Positions 13,628-27,024 of a stretch of 64,000 bases of DNA are shown one piece after another. The stretch is from Octopus sinensis (taxonomy: Eukaryota): positions 37,324,001 to 37,388,000 of the forward strand of contig NC_043014.1 in assembly GCF_006345805.1 (NCBI RefSeq). The letters are read 5' to 3'. Made by a program: the position numbers and the translations under genes. Numbering within the stretch: position 1 is the stretch's first letter; each line of letters opens with the position of its first letter. The notes beneath the pieces are model-generated. The model did no database searches, was not told where the DNA came from, and saw only the letters and a list, made by a program, of their open reading frames with translations.

Positions 13628-13776
13628 CAAACCTAGTTTTGTGAATCACAGTCTGTTTGCATCGATTACATTTTTTGATCTTTATCTTAGAGCAACATTC
13701 TTCACATATTATCCTATGTCGGCAGGGGTGGAATTTTATAGAAACTCGATTATCTCCACATACATAACACTCATAC
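13628..13776 (-). CDS. RING (C3HC4) exon of the ankyrin-RING gene
   Basis: tttcttttacag|G TAT GAG TGT..TTT G|gtaagt, 149 nt, phase 2 to 1. Encodes YECYVCGDNRVSIKFHPCRHRIICEECCSKIKIKKCNRCKQTVIHKTRF, with C3HC4 spacing of the IAP/Mind bomb type. Confidence 0.9.
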
Positions 13777-14989
13777 CTGTAAAAGAAACACACACAGACT
13801 CACCAATAAAATCATCTGATAACAAATATTTCATTGAATATAAATGTAGAAAGAATATTTTTTATAATGTTACCATAAAATATCATTTGAAGAGAACATT
13901 TTAAATTATTATTAAACCTTTGGAGATGTAGCTAACTGATGCACATTTTAAAACAAGACAGAATTATAAGATACGAAAACAATATCTAAATCTAATAAAC
14001 ACAGAAAAATGTATATATTTTCTTTACAGTGCAAAACAACAGATTGACAGATCAGCCTAGTAATGGTGTTAAGAAATATTTTCTTTCAAAACACACACAT
14101 GTTCGCACAGAGTTAATTATCCATGTGCAACTAAAAATAAAACATGGAGATTATATGAATATGAAGAGATTCTACAGTAATAATCCATTAAAATAATGGA
14201 TTATAATGACTGACTGTGAGCAAGCTTGATAATTATTTGAGGTGTTGTGATTATGTGTAGAGCTAATTGAAATGTTTTAGGCAATGAATGAATGGGTGAA
14301 TCATTGGTTAAAGGTTAAGCTACTATGTTTTTTTCCATCACTGAAACGTCAATCAAAACCTGTTTTGGCAGCAAGCAGATGTCTTCAACTTTGATATAAT
14401 CATGAGCAATGACTTATGTCTTTGAAAATGCCTTTATAGCTTTATAGTTCATTCTATTTGACTTTATCAGTCCATCAGTTTCAGCTATTACCCTCTGTTG
14501 TATCTTTTATGGATGGATGTTTAACTCTTTAGCATTTAGATTACTCTGTCAAATGTAGTGCTTATTTATTGATATTGTTTTGAATTAATCATAGCTTTGA
14601 GATGTTGATGATGTGGTTGTATACATTTAGAATGACAATATAGAGTAGATGTGAGAAGTTAGATCTAGCCAGTTTAAATATAAAACAAGCAGTACATTTT
14701 GACCAGATATGGCTGGTTTAAATGGGAAAGGGTTGAATACTCAAACTTTCATCACTGTTTCATTGTTGTCAGGTAAGAAAGGTATAAAGGCATACAGATA
14801 GCGAGCTACATACTGACTACTGTTTAGAGAAGAGACCAACATAGCAATATACAGCAGAGGCAAAGTTATAGTATTAGCAGTAACAATCCACTGTATTTGT
14901 GGAAGTAAAAATCAACACATAATTATGCATAAAATATAAAATACAAAGCAACTTGCTGGTGTATTTAGCAATCATTAGGGAATACTTAC

Positions 14990-15156
14990 ACTTTTACAAG
15001 ATATAGTTCCAGTCTGCTTTTCAAATCTGAATTCTTGATGATGTCAAGTGGTGTGGTGTTGTTTTTGTTTTTATGATAGAAGTTTGCTCCTTGTGTTGCC
15101 AGATATCCAGCTACAACTATACTGGATAATCTATCTTCTTTGAGCTGACAGGAAAT
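14990..15156 (-). CDS. Last ankyrin-repeat exon of the ankyrin-RING gene
   Basis: tttcatcatttatag|ATT TCC..AAA GT|gtaagt, 167 nt, phase 0 to 2. Encodes ISCQLKEDRLSSIVVAGYLATQGANFYHKNKNNTTPLDIIKNSDLKSRLELYLVK. Confidence 0.9.
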
Positions 15157-15581
15157 CTATAAATGATGAAATATATATTTATATATACAATAAGACTATT
15201 GTTCAATATTCTTTTTCTTTGCCCAACACATTTTAGCGTCAACAAATTTTAGTTTTATTCAAGAAAATTCCAGTTATATTCTGAAGTGTCAAAGTAATAT
15301 CAACTAGTCTGCCATTGGTTGTTACAGTCTTAATCTATAGCTCTCATTAGGCTGGTTCTGGGATTTAAAACTAACAAGGGTTGTGATGAAGTTTGAGAGA
15401 ACCAGCTTATATCTAATTTACTTCCATAATCTAAGAACAAAGTATTTGCATACGAATCAAGCAAACTATGAAGCCAAATATTGATGAAAATATCAGAGAT
15501 AACCAATTGATATGTTTATGTATGATAAACACTAGCAAATTTGAGAAGTAGAACTTGTTCTTTGAATGCTTTACAGTATGC

Positions 15582-16765
15582 ATGAGGGGTACCCAAAAGT
15601 AACTGGAAACATTCTCTATGGGCTAAGCCCATTGCAGTTCAGGCTTCTGCTACTAGATGCCACTTGATGCCACCTTCAGAAATCAGTCTCCCAACCAGTG
15701 GTGTCATGTGAAGTTGTACCGCCATGTGGTGTGCCTTTGTTTTGCAGTGATTCTCTTCTGTTCATCAATTTTTGCAATGGCTGAAACAAAGGAACAGCAT
15801 GCTACCATGAAATTCTGTTTCCTGTTGGGGAAAATAGCAGCTGAAACAGTTGTCGTGCTTCAAACAGCTTACAAGGATGCTACCTTGAGCAAAACACAAG
15901 TTTATGAGTGGTTTTCACATTTTAGGACCAACCTCGTTCAGGGTGACCACAGAACTCTGGAATGAATGAAAACATCACAAAAATTTATGAACTGATCTTG
16001 GAGGACCATTACTGAACAATTTATGAACTTGATATTACTGGTGTAACCTGGAGCTCCTGCCAACAAATTTTGAGCAAGGAATTGTGAATGAAATGAGTTA
16101 CATCAAAATTTGTGACTCGCTTGCTCACTGAATATCAAAAAGCAGTCATGACTGAATGGATGTCATGAATTGAAAGAATAGTTGGATGTTGATCCAAATC
16201 TTTTTCTGAAGGTCAATATTGGTGACAAAAGCTGGTGCTATGACTACAACCCAGAAACAAAGCAACAATTAAGTTAATGGAAGCATTCAATGTCACCATA
16301 CCTCAAAAAAGCACGTCAAGCAAAGTCCAATATCAAGACAATGTTGATTCATTTCATTGATGTGAAAGGAATTGTCCACACAGAATTTGTTTCTCCTGGT
16401 CAAACTGCTAAGCAGACATTTTACTTGGCAGTTCTGAAGTGTCTGCAAGACACAGTAAGACAAAAACTCCCCAACCTGTGGCAAAAGTGGAGTGTGGTGG
16501 CTTTATCATGACAATGCACCTGCACACACTGTCTTGAGTGTGAGACAGTTTTTGAAAAAATAGAATGACCTCGCTTATCCATCCTCTCTATTCACCTGAT
16601 CTTGCTCCCTGTTCCTCCAAATAAAAAAGGTCCTGAAAGGAAAACGTTTTGCAGATGTGGAAGAAGTGAAAAAAAAAAATACAACGGAGGCATTAAAAGG
16701 CATCACTTTGCAAGAGTTCATGGACTGCTTCAAACAGTGGAAAAAGAGGTAAGACATTAGTGTTA
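15582..16765 (+). mobile_element. Degenerate mariner transposon
   Basis: Fragments MAETKEQHATMKFCFLLGKIAAETV..LSKTQVYEWFSHF, GDKSWCYDYNPETKQ and KARQAKSNIKTMLIHFIDVKGIVH, with multiple stops and frameshifts. Confidence 0.9.
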
Positions 16766-17567
16766 CAGTGATGCACATCAACAAGTTTCACTTGAGAAAT
16801 TTTTAAACTGTTACTCTGATAGATAATTCTAGTAGCGCTATATAGGTGGTTGTTAAGATAGCTTACAAAATAGACATAGCAGCAGCAGCCACTACCATCA
16901 CAGCAGCAGCCACAGTCTGATTTGACTTGGTTTCTAAGGCTGGATGCCCTTCTTAATGCCAATCACTTTATAGTGTGTACTGTGTGCTTTTAACATGCCA
17001 CTGACACAGGACTGTTACAGGCCAATCCTTTTCACCAGGGGATGCAGCAGCAGCCACTGCCTCCTCCTCCCCCTCTTCATATTCCTCCTCTCTATCCTCC
17101 CCACAATTACTCATCCCCTAACTGCACTTTTATTTACTTTTTGTTTCCTCCTGATATAAGCTAAAAGATGATGTCTGGAAGACACACAATGTCACAGCAC
17201 ACCTTTGATGCAAGTCTGATAAAGTGCTACTCTAATGTCTAAAACTACAAACATTACATAAATTTTGACTTTGAATTTTTGCATAAACTGGCATTGCAAG
17301 TAGAATTGGTACAGAAACAATTATAATGAATCATTAAAGATGTGTTAAAGAATTTCTTTGTCTTCTTATTACTTTGATTATAGTTTACTCTTCGCAAAAC
17401 CGACACAAGGGTGCAACCATCGTGGAACCAGGATTTTCTACACTTGAAGAATTTCAGCATTGGTTTGGAACCTGACAGTGTTGATAGCCCAGAATTTGGG
17501 GTACTTCTCTGGAAAAATCCTATCTTTATACCCTACCAGGACCTAAGATATATATATATGTATATAT

Positions 17568-18050
17568 CAGGGTGTGTCAATTTTAATAACTTACTAAAAA
17601 TCTAATTTGGCAGTGAAATTATTGAGTCTTTTTACTCCCTGACTTGAGATATATATATACCAAAATGGATTAACACAACTCTAACTTACATCAATCTTAT
17701 CCTAAATTTTCAATATGGTGTTGTTTTGAAACAATAACTTAAAATTTACATGAAAAACTGATTAGACTCAAAATATCACTCTTATATTATCTTTTAATTA
17801 GTAAAATGAATCATATCATCTTTTAATTGGTTAAATGAATTTTTACTCTTTCAGATATTCACAAGATGTCAACACTGAAGACTAGAGGCTAGATGTCATC
17901 CCACTTGAGCCTGTTAATTTGTACATGGAAAGAGCTTCTTGTATCAGAGCTTCCAATAGTGAGAGATATTTTAAAACTTGGGTTACTACTTTGGGAACAA
18001 AATTCCAAGGATGAATTTTCCTATTTACTCCCAAAAATTGACACACCCTA
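17568..18050. mobile_element. Tc1/mariner-type MITE
   Basis: Terminal inverted repeats CAGGGTGTGTCAATTTT / AAAATTGACACACCCT in a TA-rich context; no coding capacity. Confidence 0.6.
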
Positions 18051-18069
18051 GTATATATATATATGCAAA

Positions 18070-18350
18070 TTGACTTGCATCAATCTTATTGAAGACACAG
18101 TATACAAATTCAATTTAGGACAGATTTTTACCATAAAAAATCATTTGATATGTTCTTCAAAGAATTTAATATATGCTATTAAATGTGAAGGATGTAATGA
18201 AGATTACATAGGTCAAAGTTTACTCTCCGAAATAGACTGACCATTCACCACAAAAAATACGAGACCCCAGTACTAGACAGATTCCACTGAGTGGACACAG
18301 ACATATGTGCAAAAAAGAACTCCCCCAAATTCCAAGTCTTCCCACTCTAC
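18070..18350 (+). mobile_element. Penelope-like GIY-YIG endonuclease fragment
   Basis: Reads YAIKCEGCNEDYIGQS, then in a shifted frame LRNRLTIHHKK..RQIPLSGH. Confidence 0.6.
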
Positions 18351-18661
18351 CTTTGTTCAGTGAAGTTGTTTAGATCTAAACTTGATTGGTGGCATTACTT
18401 ACTCTCCTACAATGTTGCTACAAATTTTGATGTAACATTTTTCTACTGGATCAAATCTCAATATTTTTATGCTAAAATATAGCTAGGGACCAGTCCTCTT
18501 CAAAAATGTTAACAGTTTTCAATTTGATTAAGAACTGAATTAGCGACAAGCTCTGAAAGATGCTGCATGTAAGTAAATTGCGGCCTTAAGAATATTATTC
18601 AACTACTACTGTAGTTGAAAGGTATCTGTCTCACATAAAAAAAAAAAATTCTGAAACTTAC

Positions 18662-18871
18662 CTCATCTAAAATTTCAAGATGTTTACTTTTAGAGTGAAA
18701 CATTTTCTCCCTCAATGCAATATGCAAGCAATTGTCACCATCTTTATTTATAGCGTCAAGATCTGCTCCTTTTAATACTAACATCTGCATGATCTCAAGG
18801 TTACCCTTAGAAACAGCCTGGAGGAATGGTGTCTGATCATGAGTGTTACGAATATCAAATTCCACTTCAGC
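18662..18871 (-). CDS. Ankyrin-repeat exon of the ankyrin-RING gene
   Basis: tttcatttccacaaag|GCT GAA..GAT GAG|gtaagt, 210 nt, phase 0 to 0. Encodes AEVEFDIRNTHDQTPFLQAVSKGNLEIMQMLVLKGADLDAINKDGDNCLHIALREKMFHSKSKHLEILDE. Confidence 0.92.
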
Positions 18872-19389
18872 CTTTGTGGAAATGAAAATAAAAAGTAAAA
18901 ATATCAATGTATCATGAGTGTTTTTACTGGATATTTGATCAGACTGTTACTGTGGATTTGATGTGGTCAATAAAACAAACCATTCATAGGTTGCACTGTA
19001 AGATGGTATGGATGTACATTAGAGACATGATAAATTTATGAAAATGACAAAAACAGGTTGTTTCAGGACAGTCTACTTTTATCCCTAGCTATATACCTAA
19101 CTCACAGTAAGTTATAGACTATTTGAGCTAGAAAGAACAATTAATTAGCAAATGAAATCCATTGAAGAAGAATCATTTGTCCAATGTATACTTTTGATGT
19201 TGCTATATCATTAAATGATCCATAAAATTGCTTTGTTGGTTAGAGTCAATGTTAAAATGATACCTACTTAGATGTTATATATTTGTGTGTTTCATACATT
19301 CAATATATAAATTTGTGTGTTTAATATACATTGAACTGCAAAAGATTTGCGAGACATGTGTAACTGTGAAATATGCTTGAATTTCATTA

Positions 19390-20640
19390 TGTCAGAGATA
19401 AATTTTGATAAATCTGATAAAGTCAATTTCTTGGATACACTTTGACCACAGTCTATGGGTTGTTATCATGTGTTCTGGTAGTGGGCGGATCCAGTACATC
19501 AAGATTGTAAGGTGTGACATGTTCAATACTGTATATGCTCGCCCTGGGTATTCAAAATGGCCATACACCATTGGTACATGGAGTGCATGAGGCAGTTCAC
19601 AAAATGCATAGGCATCTGTGCCCACTACCTGAGGAAAGCTGCCTCCAGTTCCACATGAGTTGTCGGCCTTGGGAACACCTGGTTCAGCCATCTCTGGATT
19701 TCATCCCACAGATGTTCAACTGGGTTCAAATCCGTGCTGAGAGCTGACCATTACATGGTTCAGATGTTGTATTGATGCAGGAAGTCCATGGTGACCCTGA
19801 CTATGTGGGAGGGAGCATTGTCCTGCTGGAACATGTGGTTATGGTGACGTACAAAGAAGGGCATGATGTTAGGTCTTAGGATGTGATCAACGTAGTGCTG
19901 CGCTGTGATGCCATTCCCTCTGCTTGCACCAACATTTTGGAACTCATGGGGCCCAATTCTCTGATTTAGGCCTATAGTATCCCAAACCATGATGTTATGG
20001 CCACCCCACGTCTCCCTCCATGGCACATGCATCTCTGTAGCATTCACTCCTCCTACACCACACCCTCACTCTGCCATCTGAGGTGGAAATGCAGTACCAG
20101 CTCTTGTCAGAGAAGACTATCAACCTCCATTGTTGATGCTACAAATGTCAGTGCTGTGTAGCCCACTGTAATAGTACCTGATGGTGGCAGGTGGTGAGGA
20201 CAGGCCCTAGAGCAGGATGATGGCAACACAGGTTGTTGGTAACCAGCCAATGTCATACCGTGTCATGGCTGATGGGTTGCTGTCTGGTGCTGTCATGCTG
20301 GCTAGTCTGAAGAGATCATGGAGATGTTGCAGGTGGATGAAGCAGTCCTGCCTGGGTGTGGTCACCTGGGGGTGCCCTCTGCAGGCACAGTCTGCAGTAC
20401 TATTGGTGTTTTATTGCTGTTGCAAGCAATAGATGGTACTGACATGAACAGTGTAAACTTTCGCAACAACTAGGGCATGCTACCCTGCTTGCAATCAGCT
20501 GATAGCTTGTTCTCTCTGTGCTGCTAACTGGGTCATCCCTGATGTGTCCAAATTACGAATGCCAAGAACATGGTTCAAGTTGATTTTTATACCCATAACC
20601 TTCACAAGGTGCACATGCATTTCGGTTTTCGTGACAATTA
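19390..20640 (-). mobile_element. Degenerate Tc1-like (DD34E) transposon
   Basis: WGGHNIMVWDTIG..HYVDHILRP..MFQQDNAPSH..MDFL, with many disablements. Ends are approximate. Confidence 0.8.
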
Positions 20641-20845
20641 TTTGCAACTTCCACCCATGGCATTCGGCATCTCATTTCAGGGAAAATTGAAAGACTTGAC
20701 AAGACTTGACATTTTAGTAGGTGGTGTATAGTGAATGAAATCAACCCCAGTATTTCACTGGTACTCTGATGATAATGATGAGAATATTGAACAGAATGAT
20801 GAGATCAATAAAATACTACACTGTGAATAATATATGTTAACTAAC

Positions 20846-20882
20846 CTGGGATAGTATCAGTTTCACTATATCTTGGTGTTGC
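20846..20882 (-). CDS. 37-nt linking exon of the ankyrin-RING gene
   Basis: tttcccttttataatttcag|G CAA CAC CAA GAT ATA GTG AAA CTG ATA CTA TCC CAG|gttagt, phase 2 to 0. It completes the ankyrin repeat TSLQCAVLR-QHQDIVKLILSQ-AEVEF. Confidence 0.9.
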
Positions 20883-22169
20883 CTGAAATTATAAAAGGGA
20901 AAATAAAAATAATACAAACATCACAAAGATTGAATTAATCAATAATTAGATTTTCAATTAAAGAAAACAAATGTAAATACAAGTGTAATGAGACCCTGAC
21001 TGAGATTTGAACCATAGATCTGATTTTCCCTGTCAAGAACTATGAACTGATATATTTTCATAAAAGGAAAAGTGCTGCTGTAAAAGTTATTAATGCCCAT
21101 GTAAATATGGCTTGACCAATCAGCACTGGCTGACTTTTAATAGCTGAGGTGACAATTTTCAAAAGAAGTATGCAAGTTTTTTCTGCAAAACTGAAGATTC
21201 TAGAGCTGCTAAGCCTTCCAGGGAAATTTACATTGCTTGTCTAACAAAACTGTTTTGTCTCTCCTCTTTCATTTCTAAGTAACATACTTACACCATAGTT
21301 GATGAAAGCTAACCTTTACTTGTAGTGTCAGTAATACATACTAATTATATGCCGTGATTAATTTCCTTGTATTATCTTCATTACATCATCCTGCAGGTTA
21401 TATATAGAAGATTCCTAACTGTTATGTTCACTGAACATTGATCCAGTAATTTATTGACTGTACGTGAGTAAATATAATAATGTTCATTAATAAAATATTT
21501 TAAAAAATTTTAATTTTAGTAAGATCATTGTCTATACCCTTTTTAACTTGTGAATGGCCAACAAAGAATATATGGCAAATTGCCACACTAAGCAGGTATT
21601 CCTAGCATAAAGGTGAAAACCTTGCAGTGATGTGAAGTTCCATAAAACAAAACTAATTTTTCCCATTTACTTGCCTGTTACACAGAAGTCAATGGACATG
21701 CAACCAATGGGAAAATAAGTTTTGTGTCATGGAACTGTACATTACAGATACATTTTCAAGAGGAAGTGCAGCATATTTGCATGTGTGTGTGTTTATATCG
21801 CTTACATTATATATGTGCATATGGGGGTGGAGGCAGTTATATTAAGTTGTCTCCTTTGTTGCATATATATACATATATATGTATAAATGACATCCTCACC
21901 AGGTATGAATGTTTCTTTAAAAAAAAAACTCAAAAAAACTATAGCAACATAGAATTGTTTTTCCAGGTGTTCAATCATTCTGCTTGTTAATATATCAGAA
22001 GAAAATGAAATGCTAGCACATACCACGTATACTCATTGTTGTGTTACTTCAATTAACACGTAAGATTACAATATTACAAAAATTGTAAAAAAATTTTAAT
22101 TAGAGCTCCAGAGCAGAGAACAGAAATAAGGCTGCAAAATTCAAGCACAGGAAGAAATGTTATAAAATA

Positions 22170-22603
22170 TTTTGTCCAGTAAGGGAATAATTCTGTTGGC
22201 TTACTACTACTACTGCTGCTGTTGCTGTTGCTGTTGAGCGAACGGTCTTTGTCCCAGGGCTCACAAGATGGGAAAAGTCCAAAATGTGGTCCTTTGCTAT
22301 TTGTAAGACTCGCAAAAGAGAAAGCAGGTCAACCCCCGACACCGAGAGCATTGATGGATGGATGAATGCGCATCCAGGCTCAGCGGCTGCAAAGGAAATT
22401 GGTGGACAAGAAACAGGAAGAAAGAGTGAGAGAAAGTTGGGGTGAAAGAGTACAACAGTGGTCGCCACCACCCCCTGCCAGAGCCTTCGTGGAACTTTAG
22501 GTGTTTTCACTCAATAAACACACACAATGCCCAGTCTAGGAATCGAAACCCCGATCCTCTGACTGTGAGTCAGCTGCCCTAACCACTGAGCCATTGCGCC
22601 TCC
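22170..22603 (-). mobile_element. tRNA-derived SINE
   Basis: The reverse complement begins GGAGGCGCAATGGCTCAGTGGTTAGGGCAGCTGACTCACAGTCAGAGGATCGGGGTTTCGATTCC (A and B boxes). Confidence 0.85.
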
Positions 22604-23262
22604 ACTTGCTGCTGCTGCTGCTGCTACTACTACTACTACAGAAAATCTGCTTGCCCTTCCCACCCAAAGGAAAGTTGAAGGCTAATCTTCAAAAACAACA
22701 ACAACAATGGCTTCCAATTTTGACACAAGGCCAGCAATTTTAGAGGGAAGGAGTTAGTTGATTACATCAATTCCAGTACTTGACTGGTACTTTATTTTAC
22801 TGACCTAGAAATAATGAAAGGCAAGTGACTTCAGTGAAACTTGAACTTTGAACAATAATAATCATAATTTCTAGCTTAGACACAAGAATAGGAAAAAAGT
22901 AGAGCACAGCTTTCTGAATTAACCCCTTAACTTTACTGGAATAAATTTCTATTGACCCCTTAAAATGACAATTCCTGGTAGGAATTTAACTTGAAACAAT
23001 GTGACAACAGTTAATACTCTTAAGTATATAATTCTGAAGGTGACTGTTCCAGGGATTGGTAATGGTGGTGACAATGATGATGATAAGGATGAAAGTGGTA
23101 GTGATGATGATGATGATGATGATTTCTTAATGAAGTAGATTTAAGAGTGAGGCCCCATAGTGGAATGATGGCATTAAGTGATTTGTTAAAAATTAAAATT
23201 TTGGCAAAACAGAAAAATAAAAGAGAACCAGATGCAAATATTCTGGATTATTCTTGACTTAC

Positions 23263-24095
23263 CGTAGAACTGCACACTGTAGGGATGTTTCATTATATTT
23301 ATCCTTTTTATTAATGTCAGCTCCAGACTGTATTAACAAGTCTACTATATCAGTAAATCCTTTATTGCAGGCAATGTGGAGTGCTGTATAACCACTGGCA
23401 CTGACCATATTAATGTCAGATTTGGACTGTATTAAAAAGTTTGCTATATCAGTACATTCTTTATCGCAGGCTATGTGAAGTGCCGTGTAACCATGGCTGT
23501 TGACAATATTGACATCAGCATCAAACTTTACTAACAACTTTACTACATCAACAAATTTTTTACTGCAAGCTATGTGAAGAGCTGTGTCACCACTGGTACT
23601 GATCATATTAATGTCAGATTTGGACTGTATTAAAAAGTTTGCTATATCAGTACATTCTTCATCGCAGGCTATGTGAAGTGCCGTGTGACCATGGCTGTTG
23701 ACAATATTGACATCAGCATCAAACTTTACTAACAACTTTACTACATCAACAAATTTTTTACTGCAAGCTATGTGAAGAGCTGTGTCACCAGTGGTACTGA
23801 CCATATTAATGTCAGATTTGAATCGTATTAACAAGTCTGCTATATCAGTAAATCCTTTATCGCAGGCTATGTGGAGTGCTGTGAAACCATTGTTCCTTAC
23901 AACATTGCTGTCTTGTTCAGACTGTAAAATCAACTTTACTGACTTAATGTGCCCAACACAACATGCCAGATGAAGAGCTGTGTCATAACCCATCTTTACC
24001 ACACAAAATTTCAGTAACAACTTAACCATGTCAACATTATTACTATCACAGGCGAGATCCAGAAGGTTTGTATTATTACCAACTTTTTTACGGGT
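23263..24095 (-). CDS. Large ankyrin-repeat exon (about 8 repeats) of a Mind bomb-like ankyrin-RING E3 ligase
   Basis: ctatctcttttcag|ACC CGT AAA..CTA CG|gtaagt, 833 nt, phase 0 to 2. Repeated G[DFHY]TALH[IL]AC..KLL..DIN motifs with 33-aa period. Confidence 0.95.
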
Positions 24096-25149
24096 CTGAA
24101 AAGAGATAGATATATATTAAGATATATTTATATTATTTGCCTATACAGATGTATGTATTCATATATATATATATATATGTATGTATATATACATGCATGC
24201 ACACACAAAACAAATGACAGAGTTGGAAACCATGGGAAACTTTATTGCTCACAATGGCCGTTTCTACACATTGTGCATTGGTTGTTCTGTGAGCAATAAA
24301 GTTTCCCATGTATTGCATTTTCTGTCTCCATCATTTGTTTTGTATTCAACATACACTGAGGATTTCCTGAGATAGATCCAGCTACAATTGAGTAATTACC
24401 ATGGATGATGTCAGGTAACTATAGGCAGTGAATGTGCTTTATCAGTGTACTACTAGGAACATACTGAACATTTAAATATTTACTTATATATATATATATA
24501 TATATATCTATAATTATTATTTAAGAAGCACAATATATGTTTTTATGTGCTTTTATTAGTTTCATGTGCTGAGAACATGCCAAACATTGTTTTATAGCAT
24601 GTCTGGTATCCCAGCATGATCCTTATACACTGTCCACAAGGCATAACAAAACTAAAAATGGGACATGAGAAAAGGTGAGAAGGAAGTATATATAAAAACC
24701 AGAAAATGAGAAAATAATCAGAAAGAAACAAAAGGGTAATAAGAGTTATTTTCCTTAGACCATAAATCATAAAGCTAGAAAAGTGGCTAAGAGCCTATGG
24801 TACAGTTATTCAATCTGGTTGAGGAGGCACTTTCCAATTCTTCAACAGGAACTTAGGTATATGCTTACAACTGCTGAAAAATTCAGATCTAGAGTTCAGC
24901 AGAGAGAGTTCTTAGATCTGTAAAGGAGCCGAGTTCTTTCAGCTGAAAGAGGGGCACAGGCTGAGATAATTTTTGCAGTAAGCTTCAATCACATACTCTA
25001 TCTCAATTATATATCAACCCATTTCTCAGCAAGAAGAATGCCCACACCACCAATCCCATCACTGTTCCCTACCACTCAGATTTGGCCATCGCATTGTTCA
25101 TGAAATTTCAGCTAAGTTTTATCATATTTTATTCAAATGTGACACAATA

Positions 25150-26590
25150 ATACTTAAAATTTCTCTCCGGAAGAAACAGGGGGTATATATAGGGATTATG
25201 CCTTATTTTCTTCTATACAGAAGTAGTAAAGTACAGTTAGAAAGGCACAGGAAAAATTTCTTTGGACTTTTCAAAAATTTAGGACTAAACATTATTATTG
25301 GTAAAGATTATCGTAGAGTGAATTTTCTTGATGCAATCTTCTGTCTTGATACTGGATTATTGAACCATTTCATAAGCTGAATGATCATATTAAGTACATT
25401 AACGTAGCATCCAACCATCCACCCTCGATTATATGGGGGCTAATTAAGAATATTTCTACAAGAATCTTTAGATTATCTGCTAACAGTAAAAATTTTCAAA
25501 TCTCATGCATCTTATTATAATGATGCTCTAGCTAAGGCAGGGTACCATGATAAAATTCATTATATACAAGATACTGGCATAAGCTACATTGGTAATTCCT
25601 GCAACTGCGATGCACATCATATAACACCACAACGTTACCATTTGAGAAACCACTCGGATAAAGAATACAGGCCAGAAAGAATTGGTCTTGTCAATGAACT
25701 CCCAAAGAAAACTCATAGACACATGCAACACAGTAATTCAACTGCTTGTTCCAATCCTGTACAACACACTCAATCAAATAAATTTAACAACAGATATAGG
25801 ATTAAGGATGTCCTCTGGTTCAACCCAATTTTTGGTTTGCATGTTTCAACCAGGATCGCTGGAAAATTTCTTGCTGCTTTGGACAAGTGTTTTCCTAAAT
25901 CTAATTGGTATCATGCTATTTTTAATTGATACACTATGAAGGTATCCTATGCCAACTCTGCTAATTTAGCAAAATGCAGCAAAGGTTCAATAACCAACCT
26001 ACTGGATCTAGTAAGTATTTGCATCTAAATACCAACCAAGGAGATGTAAACCACATTGATAATCATCAACTTCAACCAATTTGTAGTAGTAGAAATACTC
26101 ATGGTACAGCTAGTACGATAACAACGCCGGTAAATGGAGTCGGGATTACCTTATATATAAATATGATAAATGCTCATGCAGAGATAAATCAAAATGTCCT
26201 TTGATGAATCTCTGTATGAGTACAAATCTTGTATATGAATGTACTTGCACACAAGGGGAGGGCCCTATGTTTACATTGGGCAAATGGCTGATTCATTTAA
26301 GAATCGTTATCATAACCATGTCACCAGCTTTAAGTCAATCAATAAGAGACATTCGACATCTTTGACAGATTTTATATGGTGACTTAAGGAGGGTAAAACA
26401 AAGTACAACATTAATTGCTCCATAGTTAGACATGTAAAACTATACAGTATAATTTCCAGGAGATTCTGTCTCTGCTCCGAGGAATCTCTTCTATTCTGTG
26501 GACTAACAAGAAGATACTTAATAGAATTTCTGAACAACTATCGAGATGCCTACATGCATATAAATGTACTTTCACACAATGCAGTGAGAA
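25150..26590 (+). mobile_element. Degenerate Penelope-like element (RT C-terminus + GIY-YIG)
   Basis: VNFLDAIFCLDTG, YINVASNHPPS, VLWFNPIFG..KFLAALDKCFPK and YVYIGQMADSFKNRYHNHVTSF, with many stops and frameshifts. Confidence 0.85.
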
Positions 26591-26868
26591 TGAATTTTGA
26601 GTAACCGTTAATTTAATGTAATTTAATTTAAGGTATTTAATTTAAGTTTACTTTTAACCTCCCCGTTCTTCTAAACACCTAGTAAATAACTAACTCGCAT
26701 TGTGATCAGGAGTACAGCAAACCTCACATTTTTGCTGATGCTTGTATGAGTGTGTGTACTCATGCCATGTAACTTGCCTGAGGGCGTTTATATATCCATA
26801 CCTGTTAACAGTTATTGTCAATACTTTTCTCACTGGATTACGGGTTTGTTTCTCTTTTTGTCTTCTGC

Positions 26869-26913
<45 letters not shown>

Positions 26914-26940
26914 TAAGCAACAAGAATATCTTCAGTAATT

Positions 26941-27024
26941 TGGTACGATCGTTTCACGCTACATCATTTTATTAAACATTGTGAGTGTTACATCAGTTTT
27001 AAAATGTTGAGCGATCATCAACCA
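26941..27024 (-). ncRNA. Degenerate minimal hammerhead ribozyme (PLE-associated)
   Basis: Minus strand: UGG-UUGAUGA-U-CGCU...AGCG-U-GAAA-C-GAUC-G-UA-CCA. Palindromic stem III and 3-bp stem I; core C3 is mutated to U. Confidence 0.55.

Noticed and set aside
21286-21392. Strong-looking minus-strand donor (gtaagt) and acceptor pair as the missing ankyrin exon
   Set aside because: Stops occur in all three phases; the 37-nt exon at 20846-20882 fits both phase and ankyrin consensus instead.
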